Positions 10,222 through 20,928 are shown, numbered from the stretch's first letter. The stretch is 64,000 nucleotides of DNA from an uncultured Verrucomicrobiae bacterium (GCA_963764165.1 CAVXRD010000003.1:160001-224000), one strand, 5' to 3'. Program-made: numbers and translations. The notes: generated by a model from the letters alone, not told the origin.

Positions 10222-10860
10222 ATGGCAGAAAAAACTCCCATTCGCGTGGCTATTGTTGACGACGACGAAGGCATTCGCGCCAGCCTCGCGACCTTAATCC
10301 GGCGCTCGCCGGACTTGAGCATGTCGGGCGATTATCCCGACGCCGAGACCGCGCTGAAGGAAATTCCCAAGCGCCCGCCGGATGTCGTGCTGATGGACAT
10401 TAATTTGCCGGGCATCAAAGGCGTGGAGTGCGTGCAGCAGCTCAAATCAGCCCTTCCTCAGGTGCAATTCCTGATGCTGACGGTATACGAGGACAGCGAT
10501 TCGCTTTTTAATTCCCTGAAAGCGGGCGCGAGCGGTTACTTGCTCAAGCGCACGGCTTCGGCGCGGCTTTTGGAAGCGATCCATGACGTTCATGCCGGCG
10601 GTTCGCCCATGACTCCGCAATTGGCGCGCCGCGTCGTGCAATTCTTCGCCAAGCCGGCGGGCAATGTCTCGCCCGTCTCGCGCCTCGCGCCGGGGGAGAA
10701 GGAGTTCTTGGATTTATTGGCGAAAGGCTACGCCTACAAGGAAATCGCCGATAGAATGACGATTAGCATCGATACCGTGAGAAGCTATGTTCGCACGGTA
10801 TATGAGAAGCTTCATGTCCACTCGCGGACGGAGGCGGTGGTGAAGTATTTGAAAGGCTGA
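10222..10860 (+). CDS. NarL/LuxR-family response regulator
   Basis: REC (VDDD, VLMDI, GYLLK) plus LuxR HTH (YKEIAD...VYEKLHVHSRTEAV). Confidence 0.95.
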   Translation: MAEKTPIRVAIVDDDEGIRASLATLIRRSPDLSMSGDYPDAETALKEIPKRPPDVVLMDINLPGIKGVECVQQLKSALPQVQFLMLTVYEDSDSLFNSLKAGASGYLLKRTASARLLEAIHDVHAGGSPMTPQLARRVVQFFAKPAGNVSPVSRLAPGEKEFLDLLAKGYAYKEIADRMTISIDTVRSYVRTVYEKLHVHSRTEAVVKYLKG

Positions 10861-10871
10861 CGAACGCCGTT

Positions 10872-11723
10872 TCAGTAAGGCGTCCGCTGGGCGAGCCAAG
10901 CCAGGTCCACCGAGGGGTTCCCGGTAATATCAACCTGCTCGGCATGGTACTCATACATGACAGGGTAGGTAGACCTCGAATCCCTCCATTTGTGGATCTC
11001 AGCGTGGCCGTCCGCAAAGCTGATGCCGACAGAATTGTTATGCATGCCTCCGGGCAGTTCCAGAAATTCGCCAAGGCCATTGGTCTCGCTTGGGTTTACA
11101 TACAGAATGGAGTCATCCATCCAGTCAGGATGCTCATCCATGGTCAGCCAGCTCATGGAGGGGCCGGGATTCCGAAAGTCGCTCATTTTCAGAATGGCAT
11201 TGGTCAATGGCCAGCCCGGATTATACTTTTGCCCGCCCCCAATGTTGCCGTCCATCGTTACGCTGCGGCACCGGTTAGCCCAGCCCATCGCCCGTTGTGG
11301 CGAGCTAGAGTATGTATCGGCCGGGCAGGAAAAGATGAAATAGTTCTTTCCAATGTAAGACCCGAGCAATGAAGCAAGCGGGCTTGTCAAATACTGGAAA
11401 TTCGTGTTCACCGACGACGAAGTCCAATCCAGCCAGCCTTCGCACCAAGCCGGCGTTCCGGGCGGAGTGGAAGAGGGCATGTATGTGCCAAAGTCATGAT
11501 AGTCGAAATTGAGCGGCAACACATCTCTGCTGTCACCGGCGTACATCACCCAGGCGAGCTGCATTTGCTTCTCGTTGCTCATGCACTTGGTCGACATGGC
11601 CTCACTGCGCGCCTTGGACAAGGCCGGGAGAAGCAATGCGGCAAGGATTGCAATAATGGCAATCACGACCAGCAGCTCAATCAGGGTGAATCCGTTTTTT
11701 TTCGGTGCTTTGGATGTGTTCAT
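10872..11723 (-). CDS. Prepilin-type N-methylation protein (DUF1559-like, H-X9-DG)
   Basis: [26 protein letters not shown]-terminal [15 protein letters not shown]. Confidence 0.93.
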   Translation of the reverse strand: MNTSKAPKKNGFTLIELLVVIAIIAILAALLLPALSKARSEAMSTKCMSNEKQMQLAWVMYAGDSRDVLPLNFDYHDFGTYMPSSTPPGTPAWCEGWLDWTSSSVNTNFQYLTSPLASLLGSYIGKNYFIFSCPADTYSSSPQRAMGWANRCRSVTMDGNIGGGQKYNPGWPLTNAILKMSDFRNPGPSMSWLTMDEHPDWMDDSILYVNPSETNGLGEFLELPGGMHNNSVGISFADGHAEIHKWRDSRSTYPVMYEYHAEQVDITGNPSVDLAWLAQRTPY

Positions 11724-11734
11724 ACTTAGTCGTT

Positions 11735-11774
11735 GGCGCCCCGCCCGGCGCCAATGGCATCCGGGCGGGGCGCC
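11735..11774. other. Strong intercistronic hairpin (no U-tract)
   Basis: GGCGCCCCGCCCGG...CCGGGCGGGGCGCC between the CBM gene and the pseudopilin. Confidence 0.6.
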
Positions 11775-11783
11775 TCTATGATT

Positions 11784-13577
11784 CTAATTCGGTCCAACCA
11801 GCCGGTAGAAGACGCTGCCGGAGCCGACGCTGAAGTTCGTCGTGGCGATTCCGCCCGGGGCAACGATGAGGTTGGTGCCGTCCGTCAGCGGCTGGGGCGT
11901 CCAAGGCCCGGCCAGGCTGCTGGCCGACTGCACCTGCACGCCGCGGCGGCCAAGCCACGATAGGGAAACCTGGGTTCCGTTGGTGCGCGCGATGGTGAGA
12001 TTGCCCGCCGGAAGTTCCGTCTGCAAGCTTGCTCCCTGGCTGCCAAATGTATCCACCGGCATCGTGTAATTGGGGAGGCTGCGAATCCAACGGGAATGGT
12101 TGTCGCCAAACCCGGCTTCATTGTCGAAACCATTGATGCTGTATTTGTAAGTTAGCTCGTCGTTCTGGCCCTCGTTCACGGGAACGGTTGCGGTGAACAA
12201 GGTGGTGTTGGGAATCTGGGTCATGGCTGTTCCGGCGTTGCCCGGGAACGGCGGTTGAGCCCACGTGGCAAAACTATTATTGACCCCGTTGTTAAGGCCG
12301 TTGATATAAATGGTGTCGCTCGAGGGATACGCGTTATCGAACACCGTTCCATCGGTGCCCACCGCGTTGGTCATTTGAACGGTAAACGTGACCATGCAAT
12401 TCGTGACCGTGACGAAGTCGATCAAAGCGCTCGGCGGCTCGTCGCTGAAGTAGACGGGGCCGTTTGTGACGTAAACCACGCCGCCAACAAGGTCGCCGGT
12501 TTTTTGGATCACAAGGGTGCGGTTTCCGCCGCCGGCGATGTTTTCCCATTGCGTGCCGGGCTGAATCACGTACTTGAAGTAATGATCGGCTCCCGGCGCG
12601 TCAACGTAGGTGATTTGCGTGGAATAAATGTTGGGTGTCGCGCTGGAAGGATTGTTTGTCATCGTCGTTCCGCCGCCCCAGGCATTGTAATCTCCGTGAA
12701 TTTCAACCGTGTTTCCATTGGTGAAGTTTCCCGCCTCAATCTGAGTGGTCATGTCAATTTGGAACGTGACGGCGTTCGTCGCAGTCAAACTGGAGAATGG
12801 CGTGTCGCTGTAATTCACCAAAGGCAATACTTGGGTGACGTTGAGGAAGGCGCGATTTTGGCCGGCATCGGGATCGCCCGAGGTGGGCTGTTCGTATTGA
12901 TCCGAGCCATTGTTATAGACGAATTTGTATTCCGCGGCCGCTCCGGGCGACGCGGACCACGTTGTGTATGTGCCTTGGTAGGGAAGCGAGGAGATCTGGC
13001 CCTGGCCATTGGTGACGTTTAGCGCCGGATTGTTTGTCAACTGAAATTCATCATTCCAGCCTTCGAACGACCCTTGGCAATAAACAGGGTCGCTCACGTT
13101 GAAATTGCCCAGGTTGAGCTGCTCGGCCATGTCGACCTGGAAGGTGATGCTGTTTGTCACCGGCGTGCCGTCGTCGTCCCAAAATTGAACGGGCAGCACA
13201 AGTGTCCCACCGTTGGCGGGCAGGGTGACGCAGTAATTATCATTGTCGTCCTGGCTGCTGTAGGAAGCGACGCTGCTGCCCGAGACGATGCGATACTGCC
13301 AGTCCATCCCCTTGCCGTTGGCATCGGATGTGTCCACGTAGGTTCCAGTATAAAGATTTGGATTGGCGGCGTTGGGGTTGTTGGTCAGAATGGAGCCAAG
13401 ATTGGCCCATCCGTCAAACGTGCCGCTGGCCACCACGGTTTGACCGGCGGTAAGCGGGTTGTTGCTCAAGTCTACTTGAAACGTCACCGTCGTTTGGGCC
13501 GAAGCGGCCAATGCGCAGAGGATCGCGCCCGCCCATAGGGCACGGCAGGCGGATTTGGCGGAGAATGATGGATTCAT
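11784..13577 (-). CDS. Secreted protein with four CBM20/SusE-like repeats and a C-terminal sorting-like domain
   Basis: Signal peptide; four VTFQ(V/I)DM-type repeats with G.F.GW and Y.YK(Y/F) motifs. Confidence 0.75.
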   Translation of the reverse strand: MNPSFSAKSACRALWAGAILCALAASAQTTVTFQVDLSNNPLTAGQTVVASGTFDGWANLGSILTNNPNAANPNLYTGTYVDTSDANGKGMDWQYRIVSGSSVASYSSQDDNDNYCVTLPANGGTLVLPVQFWDDDGTPVTNSITFQVDMAEQLNLGNFNVSDPVYCQGSFEGWNDEFQLTNNPALNVTNGQGQISSLPYQGTYTTWSASPGAAAEYKFVYNNGSDQYEQPTSGDPDAGQNRAFLNVTQVLPLVNYSDTPFSSLTATNAVTFQIDMTTQIEAGNFTNGNTVEIHGDYNAWGGGTTMTNNPSSATPNIYSTQITYVDAPGADHYFKYVIQPGTQWENIAGGGNRTLVIQKTGDLVGGVVYVTNGPVYFSDEPPSALIDFVTVTNCMVTFTVQMTNAVGTDGTVFDNAYPSSDTIYINGLNNGVNNSFATWAQPPFPGNAGTAMTQIPNTTLFTATVPVNEGQNDELTYKYSINGFDNEAGFGDNHSRWIRSLPNYTMPVDTFGSQGASLQTELPAGNLTIARTNGTQVSLSWLGRRGVQVQSASSLAGPWTPQPLTDGTNLIVAPGGIATTNFSVGSGSVFYRLVGPN

Positions 13578-13617
13578 AGTGTATTATGTATAAAGACTTC
13601 TTGGGTCAGCATCGAAT

Positions 13618-13659
13618 CTACCAAGTCCGCGGGTTCGCCTCTACCGCACATTTGTGCGG
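13618..13659 (-). promoter_or_regulatory. Two 16-bp candidate response-regulator sites
   Basis: CTACCAAGTCCGCGGG (13618-33) and palindrome CCGCACATTTGTGCGG (13644-59); similar to 25355 and 31723. Confidence 0.5.
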
Positions 13660-13735
13660 TCTTGGTTGGGGTGCGCAGAAGTGTGGCTAATGATTGTTTT
13701 GACAGTGGCCGGCCCCGATTTTGCAATGCCATTTC

Positions 13736-15994
13736 TCACGGGCGCGATTGGGATTGTTTGGCCGCCGCGAGGTAGGCGCCGGCGGATTTGTTGGATGGAT
13801 CGAGCCTCAGCGTCTCCGCGAATTGCCGTTCGGCGCCGGCGTTATCCTTGAGCTTGAGCAGGGCGACGCCAAGATTGAGGTGGCCCATGGCGAATTCAGG
13901 CCGGAGACGGATGACGTTTTCGAACTCCGCCTTTGCCTCGGAAATTTGGCCCGCCATGCCGAGCTCGCCTCCAAGGTCGTAGTGCGCTTCCCAATCGGCA
14001 GCGTCCAGTTCCACCGCACGCCGGAAGCTGCGCAAGGCCTCGCTGGGGCGCTTCATCAGCGACAAAGCCTTGCCTTCGTAAACATACGTTTGCGCGTCGT
14101 TCGGCTGGAGCGCGGCGGCGCGCTGGTAATTGGTCATGGCATTGGCCAGTTTCCCCTCGTAGGCATCGAGTTTTCCAAGCTCGCGCCAGGCTTCGGCGTA
14201 ACGTGGATGAAGTTTCACCGCGGCTTGAAACGCTTCCCGCGCCGGCTCGGCGGCGCCTTGTTTTTCCAGCAATTGCCCTTCGACGAGGCACGCGTAGGGA
14301 TTTCGAGGCATCAATTCACGAGCCTGTTTCCATTCAAGCGCCGCCAGTTTGACATCGCCGACCAAATCGAGAAACTCGCCGTAATTCTGGTGCAATTCGT
14401 AATCGCGCGGACTTCGCGCAATGGCGTCGAGGTAAAGCGCGCGGGCGTTCGCGGCGGCGTCGGTGTCGCCCGCGTGCATCAGGGAATTGATGCGGCTGTT
14501 CAAATCCGCGATGCGCTGGGCGTTGTTAAATTGCGAATTGAGCGGGGATCGTTCCATCCGCTGGCGGACGGCGTTGTAAACGTCGCGCCGATTCCAATCG
14601 GTCAAGCCAAGGCGCTTTTCGCATGTTTGCTGCGAAGCCCAGGCGCTGGCCTCCTTGCTTTTGATGGCGTCTGGAAAAAACCGCGCGGCCTGGCCAGCCC
14701 AGAGCAGCGCGAGCTTGTAATTCCCGTCGAAATTGAAATGGACGTGCTCGTAAAACGTTTCGCGGCCGGGAATGGCGCCCGGCTGCGGCAGAGAGCTGGC
14801 CGCATCGCACAAGACCAATCCGGCATCGGCCATTTCGCGCGAGGCTTGGCGAATAATGCCGTTAATGCGGGAATCCGCCCGGAAGGGCAGAGCGTCGTCA
14901 TCGCAGGCGTTTTGGAGATGCTCTGCTGCTTCTGTATCCTTGTGAATTTGCAGGAGGCACTGGCCTTGGCCGAACTGCGCGTCGGCCCATTTCGGGTCAA
15001 GCTGCGCGGCGGCGGCGAACGCGGTGGCCGCTTGCGTCCAATCATCTTTCGACGCCGCCGCCCGACCCTCCGCGCAAAGACGTTCGCATTTTTCCCGGCT
15101 CGCAGGATCGATATTTTGCGCATGCATGGAGGCGAACGGCGGGCAATCCTTTAAGTTGACAGAAACGGTGTTGAGGAGCACGAAGGCTCCGCTTTTCCGG
15201 CCTGCGCGGACGATGTCCGCGAGATTGCGCTGGAAGTTTTTATAGACGACTTCTTTGCGCGCGTCATCGGGGGCGAGTTCGTTGCCCAGGAACATTTGCA
15301 ATCCGCCCCAAACCGCGGGGGCGGACGAGTGGCCCATCCATTTGCGCGTGACGCTCATCAACCATTGGCCGACGCGCGTCTTTTGAATCGCCAGGCCGAG
15401 GCGGACGGCGGGCCAAGGCGGGGCCTTGGCGCCGAAAACAGTCGCCGCGCCAAACGGCCCGATCATTTCGTTGTTTCCCATGTAAACGATCCAGAGATCG
15501 CCCTTGTATTCAGCGCATTCGCGGGCAATCGGCAGAATGACATGGGAATTGATCGCGGTGATGGCGACATTGACCACCTCAAAATTCACGCCCGGGTAGC
15601 GCTCCCGGAGAAGCGCCTGCAAATACCGCCCCGCCCCGAAAGCCGGCTCCGGATCGCCTTGCGCGGCGGATTCCCCGAAAATAAAAATGCGGTAAGTCCC
15701 GGCGTCTTTTTTGGCTTCGACCATCAACGGACTCAGCCAGCGCGAAAGCTCCGGTGGAAAGAAGCGCAAACTGAAGCTCTCTTGATTCAGCAGATAATCC
15801 TTGCCGCCCAGCCGCGCCTTTTCAAACAGGCAGGTATCGAATCCGTATCCCGCGATCCGCAGCCCAGCCTCAAGCGAGCCAAACACGATCAAAGGAACAA
15901 CCAGCAACGCGAGCAGGCGAAAGAGCCACTTGAAGCGCGGCGGCGCTGCCGACGCCGGGGGGCCAGTTCGTTTCTTATTCGACCGCGGGTTCAA
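13736..15994 (-). CDS. SGNH-hydrolase-like plus TPR membrane-anchored protein
   Basis: N-terminal TM; FGESAAQG, YMGNNE, EHVHFNFDGN blocks; C-terminal TPR repeats. Confidence 0.82.
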   Translation of the reverse strand: MNPRSNKKRTGPPASAAPPRFKWLFRLLALLVVPLIVFGSLEAGLRIAGYGFDTCLFEKARLGGKDYLLNQESFSLRFFPPELSRWLSPLMVEAKKDAGTYRIFIFGESAAQGDPEPAFGAGRYLQALLRERYPGVNFEVVNVAITAINSHVILPIARECAEYKGDLWIVYMGNNEMIGPFGAATVFGAKAPPWPAVRLGLAIQKTRVGQWLMSVTRKWMGHSSAPAVWGGLQMFLGNELAPDDARKEVVYKNFQRNLADIVRAGRKSGAFVLLNTVSVNLKDCPPFASMHAQNIDPASREKCERLCAEGRAAASKDDWTQAATAFAAAAQLDPKWADAQFGQGQCLLQIHKDTEAAEHLQNACDDDALPFRADSRINGIIRQASREMADAGLVLCDAASSLPQPGAIPGRETFYEHVHFNFDGNYKLALLWAGQAARFFPDAIKSKEASAWASQQTCEKRLGLTDWNRRDVYNAVRQRMERSPLNSQFNNAQRIADLNSRINSLMHAGDTDAAANARALYLDAIARSPRDYELHQNYGEFLDLVGDVKLAALEWKQARELMPRNPYACLVEGQLLEKQGAAEPAREAFQAAVKLHPRYAEAWRELGKLDAYEGKLANAMTNYQRAAALQPNDAQTYVYEGKALSLMKRPSEALRSFRRAVELDAADWEAHYDLGGELGMAGQISEAKAEFENVIRLRPEFAMGHLNLGVALLKLKDNAGAERQFAETLRLDPSNKSAGAYLAAAKQSQSRP

Positions 15995-16120
15995 TGCTCA
16001 TTAAGAGGCATGAAAATGGCTGCCTTCGCAACCACATAAACATGCGGAGCGTGAAGCTCTTTTATGAGCAAATATTTTGCCCTGCGTCGCGCTCCTGATA
16101 TACTCGCTGCCAACAGACCC

Positions 16121-19100
16121 ATGTTTTTTTCCGCCAATTCAAGCCAGCGGAATGGCTCGCGCGCGAGTTTGGCGCTTTCTTTGGGCGCAGGCGCCGCGCT
16201 CGTCTTTTCAACAGTTGCCAATGCGGGCGCGGACGGCGCCAATGCAATTTCGATTGCTGGCTTGCAAAAGGAGGCGGCCGGAGGGCGAATCGTCAGCTCG
16301 TTCCGGCTTGAGGGCGTCGTGTGCGCAAGCGAACGCAATTTGCTCGCCCTGCAAGACGATTCGGCGACGGCGCTATTGGAACTGCCGCGCTCGGATGAGG
16401 GCATTCGTCCGGGCGACCGGGTTGAAATCACCTGCCAAAATTGCGCCGTCACCCGCAATCGATTCGGCATCCAGCTTGGAACCGCCCCGGTCGTCAATGA
16501 CGATGGGCATCATGGTCCAATCACAAAGTCAGGCGAGGTCTATCTTCGAGAGGGAATGGAACCATTTCGGTTAACGTGGTTCAATGGAGTTGAACCTTCC
16601 GTGTTGAAAGCGGAGTACGAAGGGCCGAATATTCCCCGGCAAGTCATTCCCTCTGCGATCCTCTATCGCAAGGGCGAAAACTCAAAATTTGCCCCTGGCC
16701 TCGAATACAATGTGTATACAGCTCCGAATTGGGGAGACGTTTTGCCGGATTTCAGCCGCATTCAACCAGTAGCGCACGGCATTGCAAGCAACGGGATCGA
16801 CTTGAGCTATCGAACGCGCCCCGAAAATGTCGGTCTCATCTTCGATGGGTTTATCAAAATCCCGGTGCCCGGCCTCTACACGTTCTACGTCACTTCGGAC
16901 GATGGATCTTATGTTTATGCGGGCGACCCGGCCTCTGCCTGCCACGTGGCCGTGGTCTCGCATCAGGACCAGCCGGCTCCGCGCTCCTTTCAAGACACGC
17001 TGCTTGGAGGCAGAAGCAATCAATGGACTCGATTGGAGGGCCGGATCACTTTCGTGGGCTCGGACCCGGACCTTGGCCAGCTTAAACTTGACGTCGCAGG
17101 CCTGGGGGCTTCGGCCCAGGTCGAGATTTTTGGGGCCTCTCATCTGCATTCGCCAGATTTGTTGGGAGCGCAGGTGGAGATTTGCGGCGTGGTCGCCGAC
17201 CTGCCGGATTCGGAAGCCGGACAAAAAGCGCGGCTGGTCATCCCTTCGGTCCATCAGCTTAAGATGCTACCCGCGGAGAAGGCAGGCACGAGCGAAACAT
17301 TGACTACGGCCAGGGAAGTCCGCGATTTGACTCCTGAGAAGGCGCGCCAGCGCCTCTGCGCGGATCTAAAGGGCGTGGTGACTTGGTGCTCGCCCCGCGC
17401 GCTCGTTTTGCAAGACGCCACCGGCGGCGTTTACGCGTTATTTTCGACCGACGACTGGACGCGGCAGCCGAGGGTGGGGGAATTTTGGGAAATTACCGGC
17501 CCGACAGATGCGGGGGATTTCTCGCCCATCATTTCGCCCGCCGCTGGAAAATTTCTCCGCAACGCGGCTCTTCCCGAACCGATTCGACCGACATGGGAGC
17601 AGGTGCTCAATGGCAGCCTGGATGCCGAGTACGTGGAACTGCGCGGCGCCCTAACCGAGGTGAAAGCAAATTCTCTGACCCTGCTGACATCCGAAGGAAA
17701 AATTCTCATCCAGCAATCGGATGACCGTCCGCTGCCCTACTTGCCTGAATTGCCCAAGGGCGAGTCTTATCTGGACAGCATCGTCCGCATCCGCGGCTGT
17801 TTTACCGCTCATTGGGACGACAACACACGCCTGGTTCATCCCGGTTATGCGTTTCTGAGTCCCGGCACAGTTGAAGTCGAGGAGTTCGCCCCAAAAAATC
17901 CATTTGCCATCCCTGCCAAGAAAATGGCCGACTTGCTGCGTTTCGATCCGAACCTTAATGTATTGAGGCGAACGAAAGTCCGCGGGCAGGTCGTGCTGGC
18001 CACTTGCGATCAATATTTTTTGCAGGACGAATCGACGGGGTTGCGGGTTCGAAGCAAGGTGCCGGTGGCATTGTCCCCGGGCGACACCGTCGAAGCAGTG
18101 GGGTTCGCGCAGATTGGCGGGCCATCCCCTGTATTGCAGGAAGCGCAGCTTCGAGTTCTGGGCAAAGCTCCGCTGCCGGCTCCCGCCAGCGTGGCTGGAG
18201 CTGAGTTGCGAAATCCACGGCGTGATTCGACCCGCATCCAAACTGTGGCGACCCTTCTCGGCGTCCGGCCCGAACGCGAAGGGAAGATGCTCGAATTGCA
18301 GGCCGGGCAAAATCATTTTGTCGCGCACCTGCCGCACGTTCACGCGGCGGAATCGCCTCTGGCCGGGAGCATCGTTCGATTGACAGGAGTCTGCGTCAGC
18401 CAGGCGGATCAAAAATTCACCAGCAACCCCGATGCCTTCGATCTGTGGTTGAATAGCGAGGCTGATATTGAGGTGCTGCAAAGCCCGCCGTTTTGGAATC
18501 CGAATCGCGCTCTTGCCATCGTGGAGGTTCTTTCCGCGGTCTTGGGAGTTGCCGCCATTTGGATCGCTTTGCTCCGGCGCAAAGTCGAGCAGCGAACCGC
18601 CGAGCTTGAAAAGCAGATTGAAGAACGCCAGGCAGTTGAACAGAGGCGCGCCATGGAACTGGAGCGGGCGCGCGTCGCGCAAGATCTGCACGATGAATTG
18701 GGAGCGGGGCTGACGGAGGTTGGCTTGCTGGGCGACCTCGTTAAGAACCCGGTTTTGCCCGGGGCTGAAAAACAAGTGTATTTGGGCCAGTTGACGGAAA
18801 TTGCCCGCTCGCTGGTGACATCGCTGGATGCGATCGTTTGGGCCATCAATCCCCGTTACGATTCCGTGGCTTCGCTGGCCAGTTATTACACGCTCTTCGC
18901 GCAGCGGTTCTTGAATCTGGCTGGCATCGCCTGCCGGCCCAATATCCCGGCGGATTTCGCCGAATGCCCGCTGAACACCAAAGGGCGGCATGGCCTGTTC
19001 CTGGCCTTCAAGGAGGCGCTGAACAACGTCGTGCGCCACGCCGGGGCGACTGAAGTTCACTTGACAATCCAAATGCAGGAAGGCGATTTGGTTATCCTGA

Positions 19101-19270
19101 TAGCGGACAACGGCTGCGGCATCACATTTACGGAAGCCCCCGGCGCGGAGGGATTGCAAGGAATGCGGCAGCGCCTGGAACAGTTGGGCGGCCATTGCGA
19201 AATTCGCACCCGTCCCGGCGAAGGCACTGAAGTTGAAATGCGCCTGCCTGTTGGAAAATTAGTCCCATGA
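16121..19270 (+). CDS. Sensor histidine kinase with PA14 and OB-fold-like periplasmic repeats
   Basis: SDDGS and NDDGHH PA14 motifs, LQD.TG repeats, TM, RVAQDLHDELG, EALNNVVRHA, DNGCG; alternative start 16064. Confidence 0.9.
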   Translation: MFFSANSSQRNGSRASLALSLGAGAALVFSTVANAGADGANAISIAGLQKEAAGGRIVSSFRLEGVVCASERNLLALQDDSATALLELPRSDEGIRPGDRVEITCQNCAVTRNRFGIQLGTAPVVNDDGHHGPITKSGEVYLREGMEPFRLTWFNGVEPSVLKAEYEGPNIPRQVIPSAILYRKGENSKFAPGLEYNVYTAPNWGDVLPDFSRIQPVAHGIASNGIDLSYRTRPENVGLIFDGFIKIPVPGLYTFYVTSDDGSYVYAGDPASACHVAVVSHQDQPAPRSFQDTLLGGRSNQWTRLEGRITFVGSDPDLGQLKLDVAGLGASAQVEIFGASHLHSPDLLGAQVEICGVVADLPDSEAGQKARLVIPSVHQLKMLPAEKAGTSETLTTAREVRDLTPEKARQRLCADLKGVVTWCSPRALVLQDATGGVYALFSTDDWTRQPRVGEFWEITGPTDAGDFSPIISPAAGKFLRNAALPEPIRPTWEQVLNGSLDAEYVELRGALTEVKANSLTLLTSEGKILIQQSDDRPLPYLPELPKGESYLDSIVRIRGCFTAHWDDNTRLVHPGYAFLSPGTVEVEEFAPKNPFAIPAKKMADLLRFDPNLNVLRRTKVRGQVVLATCDQYFLQDESTGLRVRSKVPVALSPGDTVEAVGFAQIGGPSPVLQEAQLRVLGKAPLPAPASVAGAELRNPRRDSTRIQTVATLLGVRPEREGKMLELQAGQNHFVAHLPHVHAAESPLAGSIVRLTGVCVSQADQKFTSNPDAFDLWLNSEADIEVLQSPPFWNPNRALAIVEVLSAVLGVAAIWIALLRRKVEQRTAELEKQIEERQAVEQRRAMELERARVAQDLHDELGAGLTEVGLLGDLVKNPVLPGAEKQVYLGQLTEIARSLVTSLDAIVWAINPRYDSVASLASYYTLFAQRFLNLAGIACRPNIPADFAECPLNTKGRHGLFLAFKEALNNVVRHAGATEVHLTIQMQEGDLVILIADNGCGITFTEAPGAEGLQGMRQRLEQLGGHCEIRTRPGEGTEVEMRLPVGKLVP

Positions 19271-19893
19271 TACCCGTTGCCATAGTCGAGGATCACAAGA
19301 CCACCCGCCAAGCCTTCGAGCGGATTATAAATCTTTCATCGGATTGCCATTGCGCTTGCGCGTGCGGCAGCGCGGAGGACGCGCTGCGCGTCATCCCAGC
19401 CCACCAACCCGATGTGGTGCTGATGGACATCAAGCTGCCGAAGATGTCGGGCGTGGACTGCGTGGCGCGCCTGAAGGAGTTCCTGCCTGGAGCCCAGGTC
19501 ATCATGGTTACGGTTTACGAGGATCCGGACACGATTTTCCGGGCGTTGCGCGCGGGGGCCAGCGGCTATGTCTTGAAACGCGCCTCGGCAGACACACTTC
19601 TTGACTCCATTCGAGAGGTCAAACGAGGCGGCGTGCCGATGAGTGTCGAGATCGCCCGCAAGGTCATCGCGTATTTTCAGGGCGAGGCCACCGCCACCAA
19701 GGAAGCGGAAAAGCTAACCAGCCGGGAACGTGAAGTGCTGGACTTGGTGGCACAGGGCTTTTCCAACAAGGAAATCGCAGATCGCCTGAAAGTCACGGTA
19801 GACGGTGTGCTCTTCCACCTCAAACGCGTCTATCAGAAACTGCACGTGCATTCGCGCACGCAAGCCATTCGGAAGCTTCGCCCCGGGGGGTAA
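19267..19893 (+). CDS. NarL/LuxR-family response regulator
   Basis: REC plus LTSREREVL...NKEIAD HTH; ATGA overlap with the kinase. Confidence 0.95.
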   Translation: MIPVAIVEDHKTTRQAFERIINLSSDCHCACACGSAEDALRVIPAHQPDVVLMDIKLPKMSGVDCVARLKEFLPGAQVIMVTVYEDPDTIFRALRAGASGYVLKRASADTLLDSIREVKRGGVPMSVEIARKVIAYFQGEATATKEAEKLTSREREVLDLVAQGFSNKEIADRLKVTVDGVLFHLKRVYQKLHVHSRTQAIRKLRPGG

Positions 19894-19977
19894 ACCGCAG
19901 GGCAGGGGGGCGGTTTGAATCAACCTCCGTCCAAAACCCAGGTGCAAAAAGGGCGGCTCTCCTTGTCGCGAAAACCA

Positions 19978-20185
19978 AGGGTGCAATAGGGTGCAATAGG
20001 GTGCAATGACCCGATTACGATTTATTGAGTTGGTATGAGAGGAAGCTTGGCGCGTGCCTGATTGAGGCATTGAGTATGCATAATATATATAATCTCAAAA
20101 AACCCGCTACACCCGCTACATCGTTGAGCATCAACCAGATAACTCGCTACAAAAATGGCTACAAGGCCGCAACAAACCCGCTACA
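19978..20185. repeat. Short direct-repeat clusters around an AT-rich core
   Basis: AGGGTGCAAT x3 (19978-20007), TAATATATATAAT (20081-93), ACCCGCTAC-like x5-6 (20102-20185). Confidence 0.65.
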
Positions 20186-20378
20186 TTCATTATTTCAAAG
20201 AACACGCCCTGGCGGCGGCAGGGAGAAACATAAGGCCGAAAGGCCCATTTTGTCAATTATGATTGCAATTGCACGCTTCTGTGGAATTATGGAGAATGAC
20301 GAACCCAAGGCCGCGTAAAAGCCTGCCAGCGATCTATGTCCTGGGCTCGAACGACAACAAGGCTCAACATGAATCAAT

Positions 20379-20882
20379 TTATCCTTTCGATTTTGAAAGA
20401 GAGATTGGAACGTCAGCGTCCTCAAAATGCGCCCGCACTTCCAGTTTGCCGCCGAGTGCTTGAATTGTTGCTGCGAGAGTGCTCAGTTTAACCTCTCCGC
20501 GTTTTTCAAACCGGGAAATGGCCGGTTGTTTCACACCCGCCTTTTTCGCGAGCGCGACTTGGGAGTGCCCATACAATTCTCGAATTTCCTTCAATCCCAA
20601 GTGGATGGCGTTGCCGTTGCTTGTGGCCATCAACTGCGCCAACCGTTGGACTGCGCGCTCAGGAGTCCGATAAATCTCGGCGGGGCCTTCCCCGTATCCA
20701 GCAGCATGATGAAAAAGGCCAAACCCCCTTCCGGGGCGAAATTCCAATGTATGGCTCTTTTTGCCCATGCTTACGTCAATCCACCAGTTCCCGCCGGCAC
20801 GATCAGGGGCATCCACGACAACCGCGCAACTTGGCAGCCGCTGATCAAGCAGCTTTTTAAGACGTTCAATCATTTTTTCCAT
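20379..20882 (-). CDS. XRE-family HTH protein with extra N-terminal domain
   Basis: LKEIRELYGHSQVALAKKAGVKQPAISRFEKRGEVKLSTL...ALGGKL. Confidence 0.85.
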   Translation of the reverse strand: MEKMIERLKKLLDQRLPSCAVVVDAPDRAGGNWWIDVSMGKKSHTLEFRPGRGFGLFHHAAGYGEGPAEIYRTPERAVQRLAQLMATSNGNAIHLGLKEIRELYGHSQVALAKKAGVKQPAISRFEKRGEVKLSTLAATIQALGGKLEVRAHFEDADVPISLSKSKG

Positions 20883-20928
20883 ATTACACAGACAGAATAT
20901 ACCCTGCATGGAATATGCGTCAAGCGAG

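Noticed and set aside
13721..15154. 477-aa + strand ORF (also 17651-19195, 28660-29826, 52137-53618, 54913-56166 and most short ORFs in the track)
   Set aside because: Antisense shadows of well-supported genes, typical of high-GC DNA; no protein motifs
19978..20185. CRISPR array (also considered for 45141-45708 and 3344-3426)
   Set aside because: Units are too short or too few, there are no regular unique spacers, and no cas genes
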